Below, one piece after another: positions 45,801-54,896 of a stretch of DNA of 64,000 bases (the first letter of the stretch is position 1; every line of letters begins with the position of its first letter). The stretch is from Gemmatimonadales bacterium (GTDB taxonomy: Bacteria; Gemmatimonadota; Gemmatimonadetes; Gemmatimonadales; GWC2-71-9): NCBI GenBank assembly GCA_038250675.1, contig JBBSCB010000001.1:20877-84876 (forward strand), in the 5' to 3' direction. The translations under genes were made by a program, and so were the position numbers. The notes beneath the pieces were generated by a model, which had not been told where the DNA came from, made no database searches, and worked only from the letters and a program-made list of their open reading frames with translations.

Positions 45801-47660
45801 ATGTCTGACGGCGCGCCGCCGGCATCCGGAGTCTCCGAGGCCGGCGAGCCGGAATTCGCCGGCTGGGGCACCGCCGAGGTGGTGCGCGAGCTGCCCGAGC
45901 CGGAGCGGGTCACCCGGCTCGATCAGCCCTCACGCCACCTGCTGGGCACCTGGCGCGCCACCGCCATCTGCGGCAACGACATCACGTCGAGCGTGTTGTA
46001 CGTGTCGGCCCTCGCGGCGGCGCAGGCGGGCGTGCTGGCGCCGCTGGTGCTGGTCATCGTGGCAGCGGTGCTGTACTTGTATCGCCTCATCTACGCCGAG
46101 GTCGGCAGCGCGCTGCCGCTGAACGGCGGCACGTACACCGTGCTCCTCAACACCACCAACAAGCGGCTCGCGGCTGGGGCCGCCTGCCTCACTCTGCTCT
46201 CCTACATTGCCACGGCCGTCATCAGCGCCAACGAGGCGATGCACTACCTGCATCATCTCCTGGCCGGGCTCGACATCACGGCGGCCACGATCGGGCTGCT
46301 GGCGGCATTCGCGCTCCTGAGCATCATCGGCATCAGCGAGTCGGGCTCCGTCGCGCTCGGCATCTTCCTGCTGCACATGGTGACGCTCACCGTCCTGTGC
46401 GCCGCCGCGATCTTCACCGTGGTGCGGGACCCGGCGCTGCTGCACACGGCGCGCACCATGCCGCCGCCCGGCGGGTTTGTGCACGCCCTCTTCTTCGGGT
46501 TTGCGGCCGCGATGCTGGGGATCAGCGGCTTCGAGAGCTCGGCCAATTTCATCGAGGAGCAGCGCCCCGGGGTCTTCCCGCGGACCCTCCGCAACATGTG
46601 GATCGCGGTGGCCGTCTTCAATCCGCTCATCAGCCTGCTGTCGCTGGGACTGCTGCCGCTGGCGGAGATCCGCGCGGTGCCGCCGGACCTGCTGGCCATC
46701 ATGGGTACACGATCGGCCGGCGCCTGGCTGGGGTGGTGGGTGAGCGTGGACGCCGTGCTGGTGCTCTCGGGCGCGGTGCTGACCAGCTACGTCGGCGTCA
46801 CCGGTCTCGTGCGCCGGATGACGCTGGATCGCTGCCTGCCCCAGTTCCTGCTCCACGAAAACCGGTGGCGCGAAACCAACCACTGGATCACCATCAGCTT
46901 CTTCCTCCTGTGCACTTCGATTCTCCTGATCACGCAGGGCAACCTGGCGCGGCTCGCCGGCGTCTACACGCTTTCGTTCCTCAGCGTGATGGCGCTCTTC
47001 GCGATCGGCAACCTGCTGCTCAAGCACTCGCGCGGACGGCTCCCGCGGTCGGTGCGTGCCAGCCGGGTGGCGGTGGTCGTGGCGCTGCTGGGCGTCGTGG
47101 TGGGGCTGGTGGGCAACGTGCTGCTGGATCCGGGCAACGTGCGGATCTTCCTCATCTACCTGTCCATCGCGCTGGGGGGCGTGGGCATCATGCTGGGCCG
47201 GGTCACGCTGCTCCGCCTCGCGCTCAAGGGGTCGCGCGCCATCGTGGAACGCGCGCTCCGCGCCAATGAGTGGATCCGTGCCACCGTGGTGCGGCATATG
47301 GAGGCGATCAACGCGCTCGCCGTCGTGTACTTCAGCAAGGGTGATGACCTCGACATCCTGAATCGCGCCGCCCGCTACGTGCTGGAAAACGAGCAGACCA
47401 ATCAGATGAAGGTGGTGCACGTCTACGAGCACGAGCACGACATCCCGAAGGACCTGGCCCAGCAGCTCCAGACGATCGATGCCCGCTACCCTCACCTGCG
47501 AATCGACTTCCTCCTGGTCCGCGGCACCTTCGGGCCGATCGTGATCGAGCAGCTCTCCCGCTATCTGGGCGTGCCCAAGAATCTCATGTTCATCGGCACG
47601 CCCGGCGACCACTTTCCCCACCGCATCGAGGATCTGGGCGGCGTGCGCGTCATTCTGTGA
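45801..47660 (+). CDS. APC-superfamily amino acid/polyamine permease with cytoplasmic C-terminal domain
   Basis: About 12 TM helices (GNDITSSVLYV, SALPLNGGTYT, GFESSANFIEE) and about 150 aa of soluble C-terminus. The alternative start is GTG 45795. Confidence 0.8.
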   Translation: MSDGAPPASGVSEAGEPEFAGWGTAEVVRELPEPERVTRLDQPSRHLLGTWRATAICGNDITSSVLYVSALAAAQAGVLAPLVLVIVAAVLYLYRLIYAEVGSALPLNGGTYTVLLNTTNKRLAAGAACLTLLSYIATAVISANEAMHYLHHLLAGLDITAATIGLLAAFALLSIIGISESGSVALGIFLLHMVTLTVLCAAAIFTVVRDPALLHTARTMPPPGGFVHALFFGFAAAMLGISGFESSANFIEEQRPGVFPRTLRNMWIAVAVFNPLISLLSLGLLPLAEIRAVPPDLLAIMGTRSAGAWLGWWVSVDAVLVLSGAVLTSYVGVTGLVRRMTLDRCLPQFLLHENRWRETNHWITISFFLLCTSILLITQGNLARLAGVYTLSFLSVMALFAIGNLLLKHSRGRLPRSVRASRVAVVVALLGVVVGLVGNVLLDPGNVRIFLIYLSIALGGVGIMLGRVTLLRLALKGSRAIVERALRANEWIRATVVRHMEAINALAVVYFSKGDDLDILNRAARYVLENEQTNQMKVVHVYEHEHDIPKDLAQQLQTIDARYPHLRIDFLLVRGTFGPIVIEQLSRYLGVPKNLMFIGTPGDHFPHRIEDLGGVRVIL

Positions 47661-48333
47661 GCGGCCGAAGCCACGGGGGCGGCAGGTAGCCCTCCGAGTC
47701 TGCCACCTCGCTGTTGACCCACTCGATCACGGCCGCGTATCCCAGGCTCTCGGGATCGTGGCGGAGATAGTCGCTTACCACCCCGAGCACGTGAAAGCCC
47801 CGCCGTAGCTGGAAGCTGAGCGTGCGGTCGGCCACGTGGCTCCGCAGGATCGCCGTCACGTACTCTTCGGCCGTCATCCGCGCCGCCACCGTGTGATAGT
47901 CGCGAAGCCGCGCGCCCGCGCGGATGCGCAGCAGGCCCAGGCGGCGCACCAGCGCCTCGCGCGCGGCATAGATCCGCGTGCCCACTCCGCACCCCTGCAT
48001 GCGGGGATGGACCATGATCTCGGCGCCGTACAGCGTGCGCCCGTGTACGGGATCGTGGTTGGAAAATGTGCCATGCTCGGTGAAGTCGCGCCAGGAGGTC
48101 TCGAGGTCGTAGTCGTCCCAGAGAACAACGAGGCTCGCGGCCATCCCGACGACCACGCCGTCGGCCGGGTCCACCGCGACGAACTGCCCCTCGGGAAAGA
48201 CCCCCAGGTGCGCGGCCAGCTGCGCCTTGGTCCACGACGGCGCGCCGGGGTAGACGGTGCCGCTCAGCGCAATGACACCGGCGACGTCGGCCGGGGTCGT
48301 GGGACGGACGATGACCGCCCCCGGCGCGCTCAC
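47650..48333 (-). CDS. GNAT-family N-acetyltransferase
   Basis: Motif A is IMVHPRMQGCGVGTRIYAAREALVRRLG. The GTG start overlaps the upstream C-N hydrolase stop (GTGA). The 3' end overlaps the permease by 11 nt. Confidence 0.75.
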   Translation of the reverse strand: MSAPGAVIVRPTTPADVAGVIALSGTVYPGAPSWTKAQLAAHLGVFPEGQFVAVDPADGVVVGMAASLVVLWDDYDLETSWRDFTEHGTFSNHDPVHGRTLYGAEIMVHPRMQGCGVGTRIYAAREALVRRLGLLRIRAGARLRDYHTVAARMTAEEYVTAILRSHVADRTLSFQLRRGFHVLGVVSDYLRHDPESLGYAAVIEWVNSEVADSEGYLPPPWLRPLTE

Positions 48334-49217
48334 AGGCGAACGAGCTCGACTGATTCGGTCACGAGGCGGGTGCGCTCGCTGTCGAGCAGCGGGAGCACGG
48401 TACCGGTGGAGCGCGTCTCCAGAATGGTCGAGAGGTTGAGTTCTCCGATCACCATCGCCTCCTGGTTGGGGTTGCCCTCCGCCAGAATGCCGTCGCGCGC
48501 GAACGGGTAGTCGCTCGGCGTCAGGATCGACGCCTGCCCGTAGTTGAGGTGGACCGCCGGGACCATCGGCAGCGAGCCGACGGTCGAGGAGTGGACCACG
48601 TACATCTGATTCTCGATGGCCCGCGCGTGCGCGCAGTAGCGGACGCGAAAGAACCCCTGCCGGTCGTCGGTGCAGCTCGGCACCACCAGGAGATGCGCGC
48701 CCTTCCGCGCGGCCGCACGCGCCACTTCGGGAAACTCCACGTCATAGCAGATGGCCACACCCATCGGCCCGAACGCCGTGTCGAACACCCGGAGCCCGGC
48801 CGATGGCGTGACGTCCCACTCCTCGGTCTCGAACCGGGTCATGTGCATCTTGCCCTGCCAGGAATGGGCGCCGTCGGGCCCGAAGACGTACGAGATGTTG
48901 TGCACCGTGCCGGCCTCGGCTCCGGCCACCGGAATCGTGCCCGCCACGATGTACAGCCCGTGCGTGCGGGCGAGCCCCGAGATCATTTCGACGAAGCGCG
49001 GTGCCTGACGGGCCAGATCGCGAATCTGCTCGCGCATCGGGCGGCGCACGTCGCCGAGGGTAAGAAGCTGGACGGTGAAATATTCGGGAAAGACGAGCAA
49101 CTGACAATGGTAATCGGCCGCGGTTTCGATCAGGGCGGTCACCTGGTCACGGAATTCGTCCCAGGCGCGGATCGGCCGGATGAGATATTGGAGGGTGGCG
49201 ACGCGGATGCGGTCCAT
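48330..49217 (-). CDS. carbon-nitrogen hydrolase (nitrilase superfamily)
   Basis: ATG 49217. The Glu-Lys-Cys triad context is LLVFPEYF, QGKMHMT and VAICYDVEFPE. Confidence 0.85.
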   Translation of the reverse strand: MDRIRVATLQYLIRPIRAWDEFRDQVTALIETAADYHCQLLVFPEYFTVQLLTLGDVRRPMREQIRDLARQAPRFVEMISGLARTHGLYIVAGTIPVAGAEAGTVHNISYVFGPDGAHSWQGKMHMTRFETEEWDVTPSAGLRVFDTAFGPMGVAICYDVEFPEVARAAARKGAHLLVVPSCTDDRQGFFRVRYCAHARAIENQMYVVHSSTVGSLPMVPAVHLNYGQASILTPSDYPFARDGILAEGNPNQEAMVIGELNLSTILETRSTGTVLPLLDSERTRLVTESVELVRL

Positions 49218-49296
49218 CAGCTGCTCCCGTTGCGGTGGGGCGTGCCGCCGATCGGCAGCGCGATCTGTCCATCGCAAGGTAATCCCACCCCGACGC

Positions 49297-50334
49297 TCAG
49301 GCCGCCTGGAGACGCTCCAGCCGGGAGTCCACGTCCGCTACGTCGGCCCGCGCGCCGAGCTGCGCAAAGAGCCGGGACGCCGCATCGAACTCCGCACGCG
49401 CCTCGATCAACCGGCCGCGCTGGCGGTGAAGCTCGCCCAGCTCCCGCCGCGCCTCCGCCTCGCTCAGCGGACATGCGGTACTCACCGCCAACTCGATGGC
49501 CGACCGCAGCCGCGACTCAGCCAGGGCCGGCCGTCGCGTCTCGCGAAATACGACGCCGAGTATGCGCGTGGCGTCCGCCTTGTCGCGTCGCGCGTCGAGG
49601 TGGTCGAACACCGCCAGCGCGCGCTCGGCATCCTGCCGCGCGTCGTCCCAGCGGTCGAGGGCCAGGTGGACCTCGGCCTGATTGAGCCGGCAGAGCGCCT
49701 CGAGATGACGGTCGCCCAGCATGACCGCGGTACCCATCGCACGCCGGTACTGCCGGTACGCCTCCTCCCACTGACCCCGATCGGCCGCGACCATGCCGAG
49801 ATTGTGGTAGGCCACGGCCGCCGCGCGGCAGTCGCCCTGCGCCTCGGCCGCTTCCGCCGCCTTCGCATAGTGCGCCGCGGCCTCCGCCCACTCGCCGCGC
49901 ACGTTGTGCAGGATGCCCAGGTTGTGCTCCACCTTGCGCACCACCGAGGGCTCGCGGACGAGCTGGAGCGCCTGCTCGTAGAGTTCCTGCGCGTCATCAT
50001 GCCGCCCGGCCTCGAATGCAAAGCTGCCCAGCGCGTTCAACGCCTCCGCCGCGACGACCGGCGCCCCGCCCTCGAGTGCCACGGCGACCGCGCGCTCGCC
50101 GTAATCGCGGGCCGCGTCCGGCTCGGCCCGGAGGTGGTGCAGCAGCGCGACGTGCCGCAACGCCTCGCTCAGCACTGCGGCATCGCGCGGGCCGGCGCAC
50201 TCGATGGCGGCGGCGTAGAGGTCGAGCGCCTCGGACAATCGCCCATGCCGCTCGTGCTCGACGCCGCCCCGCACCAGCTCACGCGGTGACCGGACCGGTG
50301 GGGGAACGGCCGGGCCTGCAGGGTGGGTGGTCAC
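49297..50334 (-). CDS. TPR-repeat protein
   Basis: Repeated 34-aa A/L/Y-rich helical pairs (EALDLYAAAIE, AQELYEQALQL, AAAHYAKAAEA, AYRQYRRAM...). GTG 50334 lies 4 nt after the upstream stop. Confidence 0.7.
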   Translation of the reverse strand: MTTHPAGPAVPPPVRSPRELVRGGVEHERHGRLSEALDLYAAAIECAGPRDAAVLSEALRHVALLHHLRAEPDAARDYGERAVAVALEGGAPVVAAEALNALGSFAFEAGRHDDAQELYEQALQLVREPSVVRKVEHNLGILHNVRGEWAEAAAHYAKAAEAAEAQGDCRAAAVAYHNLGMVAADRGQWEEAYRQYRRAMGTAVMLGDRHLEALCRLNQAEVHLALDRWDDARQDAERALAVFDHLDARRDKADATRILGVVFRETRRPALAESRLRSAIELAVSTACPLSEAEARRELGELHRQRGRLIEARAEFDAASRLFAQLGARADVADVDSRLERLQAA

Positions 50335-50338
50335 GGGA

Positions 50339-50911
50339 TCAATAGCTGACCGCGTACCGTGAGAAGTGCGATGTCTTGCCTTCCACGGCCATCGTGAGCA
50401 GATCATCGAGTCGGCCGACGAGCGACAGCACGCGTGGCAGTCCGGTCACGGGATCCACGGTGTCCGTCACATACACCATCACCTTGCGCCGACCCGACTT
50501 GCCATCGCATCCCTTGTACTTGAGACTGAGCCTGACCGGGGCGAGAAAGACGACGGTGCCCAGCCCATCCACCGGTGTGAACAGCACGGAGTGGAAGGCC
50601 GCACTGGGCGTCTGCATCTCGAACCTGCGGGTGACGCCCGGCAGGACCGCGCCCTTGGGGATCCGCAATTCGGCGTAGCCGATGCGGAACTTGCCGCCAT
50701 GACTGGTAACGGAGAAGGTGTCCACCTGCGTGGGCTCGGGGACGCACGGGACAAGTTCGCCGCCGGTCGCCGACAGGATCGCAGGTGGAACCACGGACGG
50801 AGTGTCCCGCTTGAACGCCGCATCGGCGGGGCCGGTCGCATCGCCGCAGGCGAAACCACCCGACAGCAACAGGGCCAGCGCGATGACACGGAGCGAATTG
50901 CCCGTACGCAT
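50339..50911 (-). CDS. hypothetical lipoprotein
   Basis: ATG 50911 with signal plus lipobox MRTGNSLRVIALALLLSGGFAC|G. 190 aa. Confidence 0.55.
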   Translation of the reverse strand: MRTGNSLRVIALALLLSGGFACGDATGPADAAFKRDTPSVVPPAILSATGGELVPCVPEPTQVDTFSVTSHGGKFRIGYAELRIPKGAVLPGVTRRFEMQTPSAAFHSVLFTPVDGLGTVVFLAPVRLSLKYKGCDGKSGRRKVMVYVTDTVDPVTGLPRVLSLVGRLDDLLTMAVEGKTSHFSRYAVSY

Positions 50912-51471
50912 GCACTCCTCCAGTCGGACGAAGCTGCATCGCCGGCGGCGCGTTGGTCGGACGACCGAAACGCAACGCGCGGCGCTCCCAGTAGTCACCG
51001 AGGGAAGCACCGCGCGGGAGCGTTGCGCATCCACCTTCGACACCGAGCTATCTCGCCGACTGCTGATGGCGAGACCTCAAGTTTTGCGGCCCCGGATCGC
51101 TCCGGGTGTGCTCTTATCGGGTAGAGCTGTTGTCGATCGCGCTTCGTGAGGACGCGACCGCCCAGCCTCAAAGCAAAAGCAGGACCAATCCGGCGGAGTG
51201 GTAGTGTCAAAGTCTCGTACACAGTGCCCGCATAAATTGAGCTAAGGCGTTGAATATCGTGCTCATGATGAGCGACAATTTGGTGCCTGGTCGCATCAGA
51301 ACTGCACAGCGAGTTGTCAAGCTTCTGGTCGATCTCCCTGTGGTCGAAACCGCAGCATCACGGCGCTACGCCACACCGGTTTCGTGGTTTTTGCCCCACA
51401 GTGCTGGCGAAACCGGGCCGGACAGGCGAGTGTAGGGGAGCCCCCAACCACTTCCCGCTCACCGGATTCCC

Positions 51472-52824
51472 ATGCGACGTGCTCTCGCACTTCTCTCCCT
51501 CGCCGCCGCGTTCGTGGTCCATCGCGCCGGAGCCCAGGAACCGGCCCGGATCGCATTCGAGAGCTACACGTTGCCCAACGGGCTCCGGGTCATCCTCGCG
51601 GAGAGTCATACCGCGCAGGTGGTGGCCGTGGACGTGTGGTACAACGTCGGGTCGCGCAACGAGGTGGCGGGGCGCACCGGCTTTGCCCATCTCTTCGAGC
51701 ACATGATGTTCCAGGGGTCGGCCCACGTGAAGAAGGGCGAACACATGGGCCTGCTGGATCGCGCGGGATCCGCCGGCTACAACGGGAGCACCACCGAGGA
51801 CCGCACCAACTACTATGAGCCGCTCCCCTCCAACCGACTCAACCTTGGCCTCTGGCTCGAGGCCGACCGGATGCGCTCACTGGCCATCACCGATTCCTCG
51901 TTCCACAATCAGCGCGAGGCGGTCAAGGAGGAGCGCCGCCTGCGGGTGGACAACCAGCCGTATACCAAGTCCATCTTCGAGGACGCGTACACCCTGATGG
52001 ACCCCGCGCGGTGCTTTCCGTACTCGCATTCCATCATCGGATCCATGGCGGATCTCGATGCCGCGCGCACCCCGGACGTGCAGGCATTCTTCGATCTGTA
52101 CTACGCGCCCAGCAACGCCACCCTAATCGTGAGCGGCGATTTCCAGTCGGCCGAGGTGCGCCGCCTCATCGCGCAGTACTTTGGCGACATTCCGGGGAGC
52201 CGCGCCGCGCCCGCCGCCGTGGTGTGCGACCAGCCGTTCAACACCGGCGCGCTCCGGCGCCGGGTGCAGGACCGGAACGCCAACCTGCCCGCGGTCATGC
52301 AGATCTACCGCGTGCCGGCGTACGACAGCCCCGACTACCCCGCCATCGAGCTGCTCGGCGCCATTCTGGGACAGGGCGAAAGCTCCCGGCTCAACCGCAC
52401 GCTCGTCCGCGAAGCCAGGCTCGCCGCGGCCGCGCCGGTGCTGGTCAATCCGTTCGGTCCCCGCAGCGGACCCGGTGAGTTCCTCGTCCTGGCCATCGCC
52501 AATCAGGGGGCGTCGGTGGATTCGCTCGATGCGGCGATCACCGTGCAGCTGGCCCGCGTCGCGGCCGACGGCGTGGATGAGGCCGATCTCGCCAAGGCCC
52601 GCAACATCTATCGGGCGGGGGTCATCTCCGGACGGCAGACCGCGATCAGCGTCGCCGAGGCCCTGCAGGTGGCCAACCGGTTCCTCGGCACCCCCGATGC
52701 GGTGAATACCGACTTTGCGCGCCACATGGCCGTCACCGCCGCCGACATCAAGCGCGTTGCGGCGACCTACATCCGCCCCGATAACTCGCTGACCCTGCTC
52801 ATCACCGCCGAGGCCACGCCATGA
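51472..52824 (+). CDS. M16-family zinc peptidase (pitrilysin-like), catalytic subunit
   Basis: Signal peptide is present. The inverted zinc motif HxxEH appears in GFAHLFEHMMFQGS, with a downstream Glu region (REAVKEERR). Confidence 0.9.
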   Translation: MRRALALLSLAAAFVVHRAGAQEPARIAFESYTLPNGLRVILAESHTAQVVAVDVWYNVGSRNEVAGRTGFAHLFEHMMFQGSAHVKKGEHMGLLDRAGSAGYNGSTTEDRTNYYEPLPSNRLNLGLWLEADRMRSLAITDSSFHNQREAVKEERRLRVDNQPYTKSIFEDAYTLMDPARCFPYSHSIIGSMADLDAARTPDVQAFFDLYYAPSNATLIVSGDFQSAEVRRLIAQYFGDIPGSRAAPAAVVCDQPFNTGALRRRVQDRNANLPAVMQIYRVPAYDSPDYPAIELLGAILGQGESSRLNRTLVREARLAAAAPVLVNPFGPRSGPGEFLVLAIANQGASVDSLDAAITVQLARVAADGVDEADLAKARNIYRAGVISGRQTAISVAEALQVANRFLGTPDAVNTDFARHMAVTAADIKRVAATYIRPDNSLTLLITAEATP

Positions 52825-54896
52825 CGCCAGCGCGACTGCTCATGCTCGCCCTCGCGCTGGCCCCGGCCGGCGCGGCGGCGCAGGCGCCCGCGTCGCCGCC
52901 GCCGGCCGGACCGGTGCGCCCGGCAGCGTTCCCGCCATTCCAGGAGGCGGTGCTTCCCAACGGCATCCGGATGCTGCTGGTCGAGAACCACGCACAGCCC
53001 GTCGTCTCGCTCACGCTCTCTCTTCCGGCCGGAAGCAGATACGATCCGGCCGGCAAGGAGGGGCTGGCGGACATGGTGGCGGGGTTGCTGACCAAGGGAG
53101 CCGGCAAGCGCAGCGCCGACGAGATGGCCGCGGCCATCGAAGGTGTCGGCGGCTCACTCAGTGCGGATGCCGATGCGGAGTTCCTGACCATTCGCGCCAA
53201 CACGCTCACGCCCGATGCGGCTCTCGGATTTGCGCTGATGGGGGACGCGGCCATCCGGCCGGCGTTGGCCGATTCGGAGCTGGGCCTGCTCCGGACCCAG
53301 ACCCTTTCCGGCCTGCAGCTCGAGCTCTCACAACCCGCCTCGCTCGCCGCGCGCTACTTTGCGCGCGCCGTGTATGGCGCCCACCCGTACGGGCGGAGCT
53401 CTTCGCCCGAGTCGGTCCGCGCCATCACCCGGGACGACCTGCTGCGCTTCCAGCGCGCCCGGCTCAGGCCGGCCGGCGCGCTTCTCGTCGTTGCGGGTGA
53501 TCTCACACTCAGCGCCGCGCGGCAGCTCGCGGCGCAGGCGTTCTCCGGCTGGACCGGAACGCCTGCGGCGGCGGCACCGGCCGCGGCACCGCCCGTCCCC
53601 AGCCGCACGAGCATCCTGCTGGTGCACCGGCCCGGCTCGGTGCAATCCAACATCGTGATCGGCAACACGACGTTCCTGCCGACCGACCCGCGCGGCTATG
53701 CGCTCACGGTGGCCAATCGCGTGCTGGGGGGAGCCGCCAGCTCCCGGCTGTTCATGATCCTGCGCGAGCAGAAGAGCTGGACCTACGGTGCCTACTCGGA
53801 CATCAGCGAGCCCCGCAGCATCGGCACCTTCGAGGCGCGCACGGAAGTCCGCACCGAAGTGACCGACTCCGCACTGCGCGAGATACTCGTGCAGCTCCGG
53901 CGGATCCGCAGCGAGCCGGTGCCGGCATCGGAGCTGGATGCCGCGAAGAACTCGCTCGTCGGCAGCTTTCCGCTCAGCATCCAGACCGCCACCCAGGTGG
54001 CGGCCGCGGTCACCAGCGCGCGGCTCCTCGACCGGCCGGCCGACTACCTCGCGACCTACCGCACCCGGCTGAGTGCCGTCACGGCCCCGGCGCTCCGTGC
54101 GGCCGCGCGGGCCGCCATCCGTCCCGATGCCGGTGTGATCGTCGTGGTTGGTGACGGCACGCGACTGTATGACAAGCTCCGTGCGATCGCACCGGTGCGG
54201 ATCATCGACGCCGAGGGGAAGCCGGTCGCGCCGGCTGACCTGGTGGTGGCGGCGGCGGCGTTGCCGCTCGACGTGGGCAAGCTGGTGGCACGGCGCGACA
54301 GCTTTGCCGTCATGGTGCAGGGACGGCCGTTCGGCGCGCAGCTCAGCACGCTGGAGCTGACGGACAGCGGCTTCCGCTACACCGAGGAGACGCACATCCC
54401 GATGGCGGGCGTGCAGCAGGTCACCACGCTCGACCTCGACAAGGCCGCCGGCGTGCGGCACGTGGTGCAGGCCGGCACGGCACAGGGCAAGGAGACGCGG
54501 ATCGATATCGTCTACGCCGGCGGCCGGGCGCGCGGCTCGGCCGCAACACCGGGCAAGGACGGCACGATCCAGACGGTCACAGTAGACACGACGGTGGCCG
54601 CCGGCTCAGTGGACGACAACGGCATCCTGGCGCTGCTGCCGGCCCTGCCGTGGAAGGCCGGCGCCCGCTGGACGATTCCGGTCTTCATGTCCGGCCAGGG
54701 CACGGCGGGACAGATGACGCTGGCGGTGAGCGGAGCCGACAGCGTGACGGTGCCGGCCGGGACCTTCGCGGTCTACCGCGCGGAGCTGACCGGCGGCCCG
54801 CAGCCGCTGACGTTCTTCGTGACGACGGCTGCGCCGCACCGGCTCGTGAAGGTGACGGTGCCCGGCACGCCGATTGAAATCCAGCTGGTCAAGTGA
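52821..54896 (+). CDS. M16-family peptidase-like, non-catalytic subunit with about 230-aa C-terminal extension
   Basis: ATGA overlap with the upstream gene. An M16 fold is present but HxxEH is replaced by GLADMVAGLLTKGAG. The protein is 691 aa, against about 440 for a typical partner. Confidence 0.8.
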   Translation: MTPARLLMLALALAPAGAAAQAPASPPPAGPVRPAAFPPFQEAVLPNGIRMLLVENHAQPVVSLTLSLPAGSRYDPAGKEGLADMVAGLLTKGAGKRSADEMAAAIEGVGGSLSADADAEFLTIRANTLTPDAALGFALMGDAAIRPALADSELGLLRTQTLSGLQLELSQPASLAARYFARAVYGAHPYGRSSSPESVRAITRDDLLRFQRARLRPAGALLVVAGDLTLSAARQLAAQAFSGWTGTPAAAAPAAAPPVPSRTSILLVHRPGSVQSNIVIGNTTFLPTDPRGYALTVANRVLGGAASSRLFMILREQKSWTYGAYSDISEPRSIGTFEARTEVRTEVTDSALREILVQLRRIRSEPVPASELDAAKNSLVGSFPLSIQTATQVAAAVTSARLLDRPADYLATYRTRLSAVTAPALRAAARAAIRPDAGVIVVVGDGTRLYDKLRAIAPVRIIDAEGKPVAPADLVVAAAALPLDVGKLVARRDSFAVMVQGRPFGAQLSTLELTDSGFRYTEETHIPMAGVQQVTTLDLDKAAGVRHVVQAGTAQGKETRIDIVYAGGRARGSAATPGKDGTIQTVTVDTTVAAGSVDDNGILALLPALPWKAGARWTIPVFMSGQGTAGQMTLAVSGADSVTVPAGTFAVYRAELTGGPQPLTFFVTTAAPHRLVKVTVPGTPIEIQLVK

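Noticed and set aside
51250-51435. 61-aa ORF (TTG start) inside the long AT-richer spacer
   Set aside because: It has poor GC3 and atypical codon usage compared with all confident genes, no SD and no motif. The region is better treated as candidate RNA or regulatory DNA.
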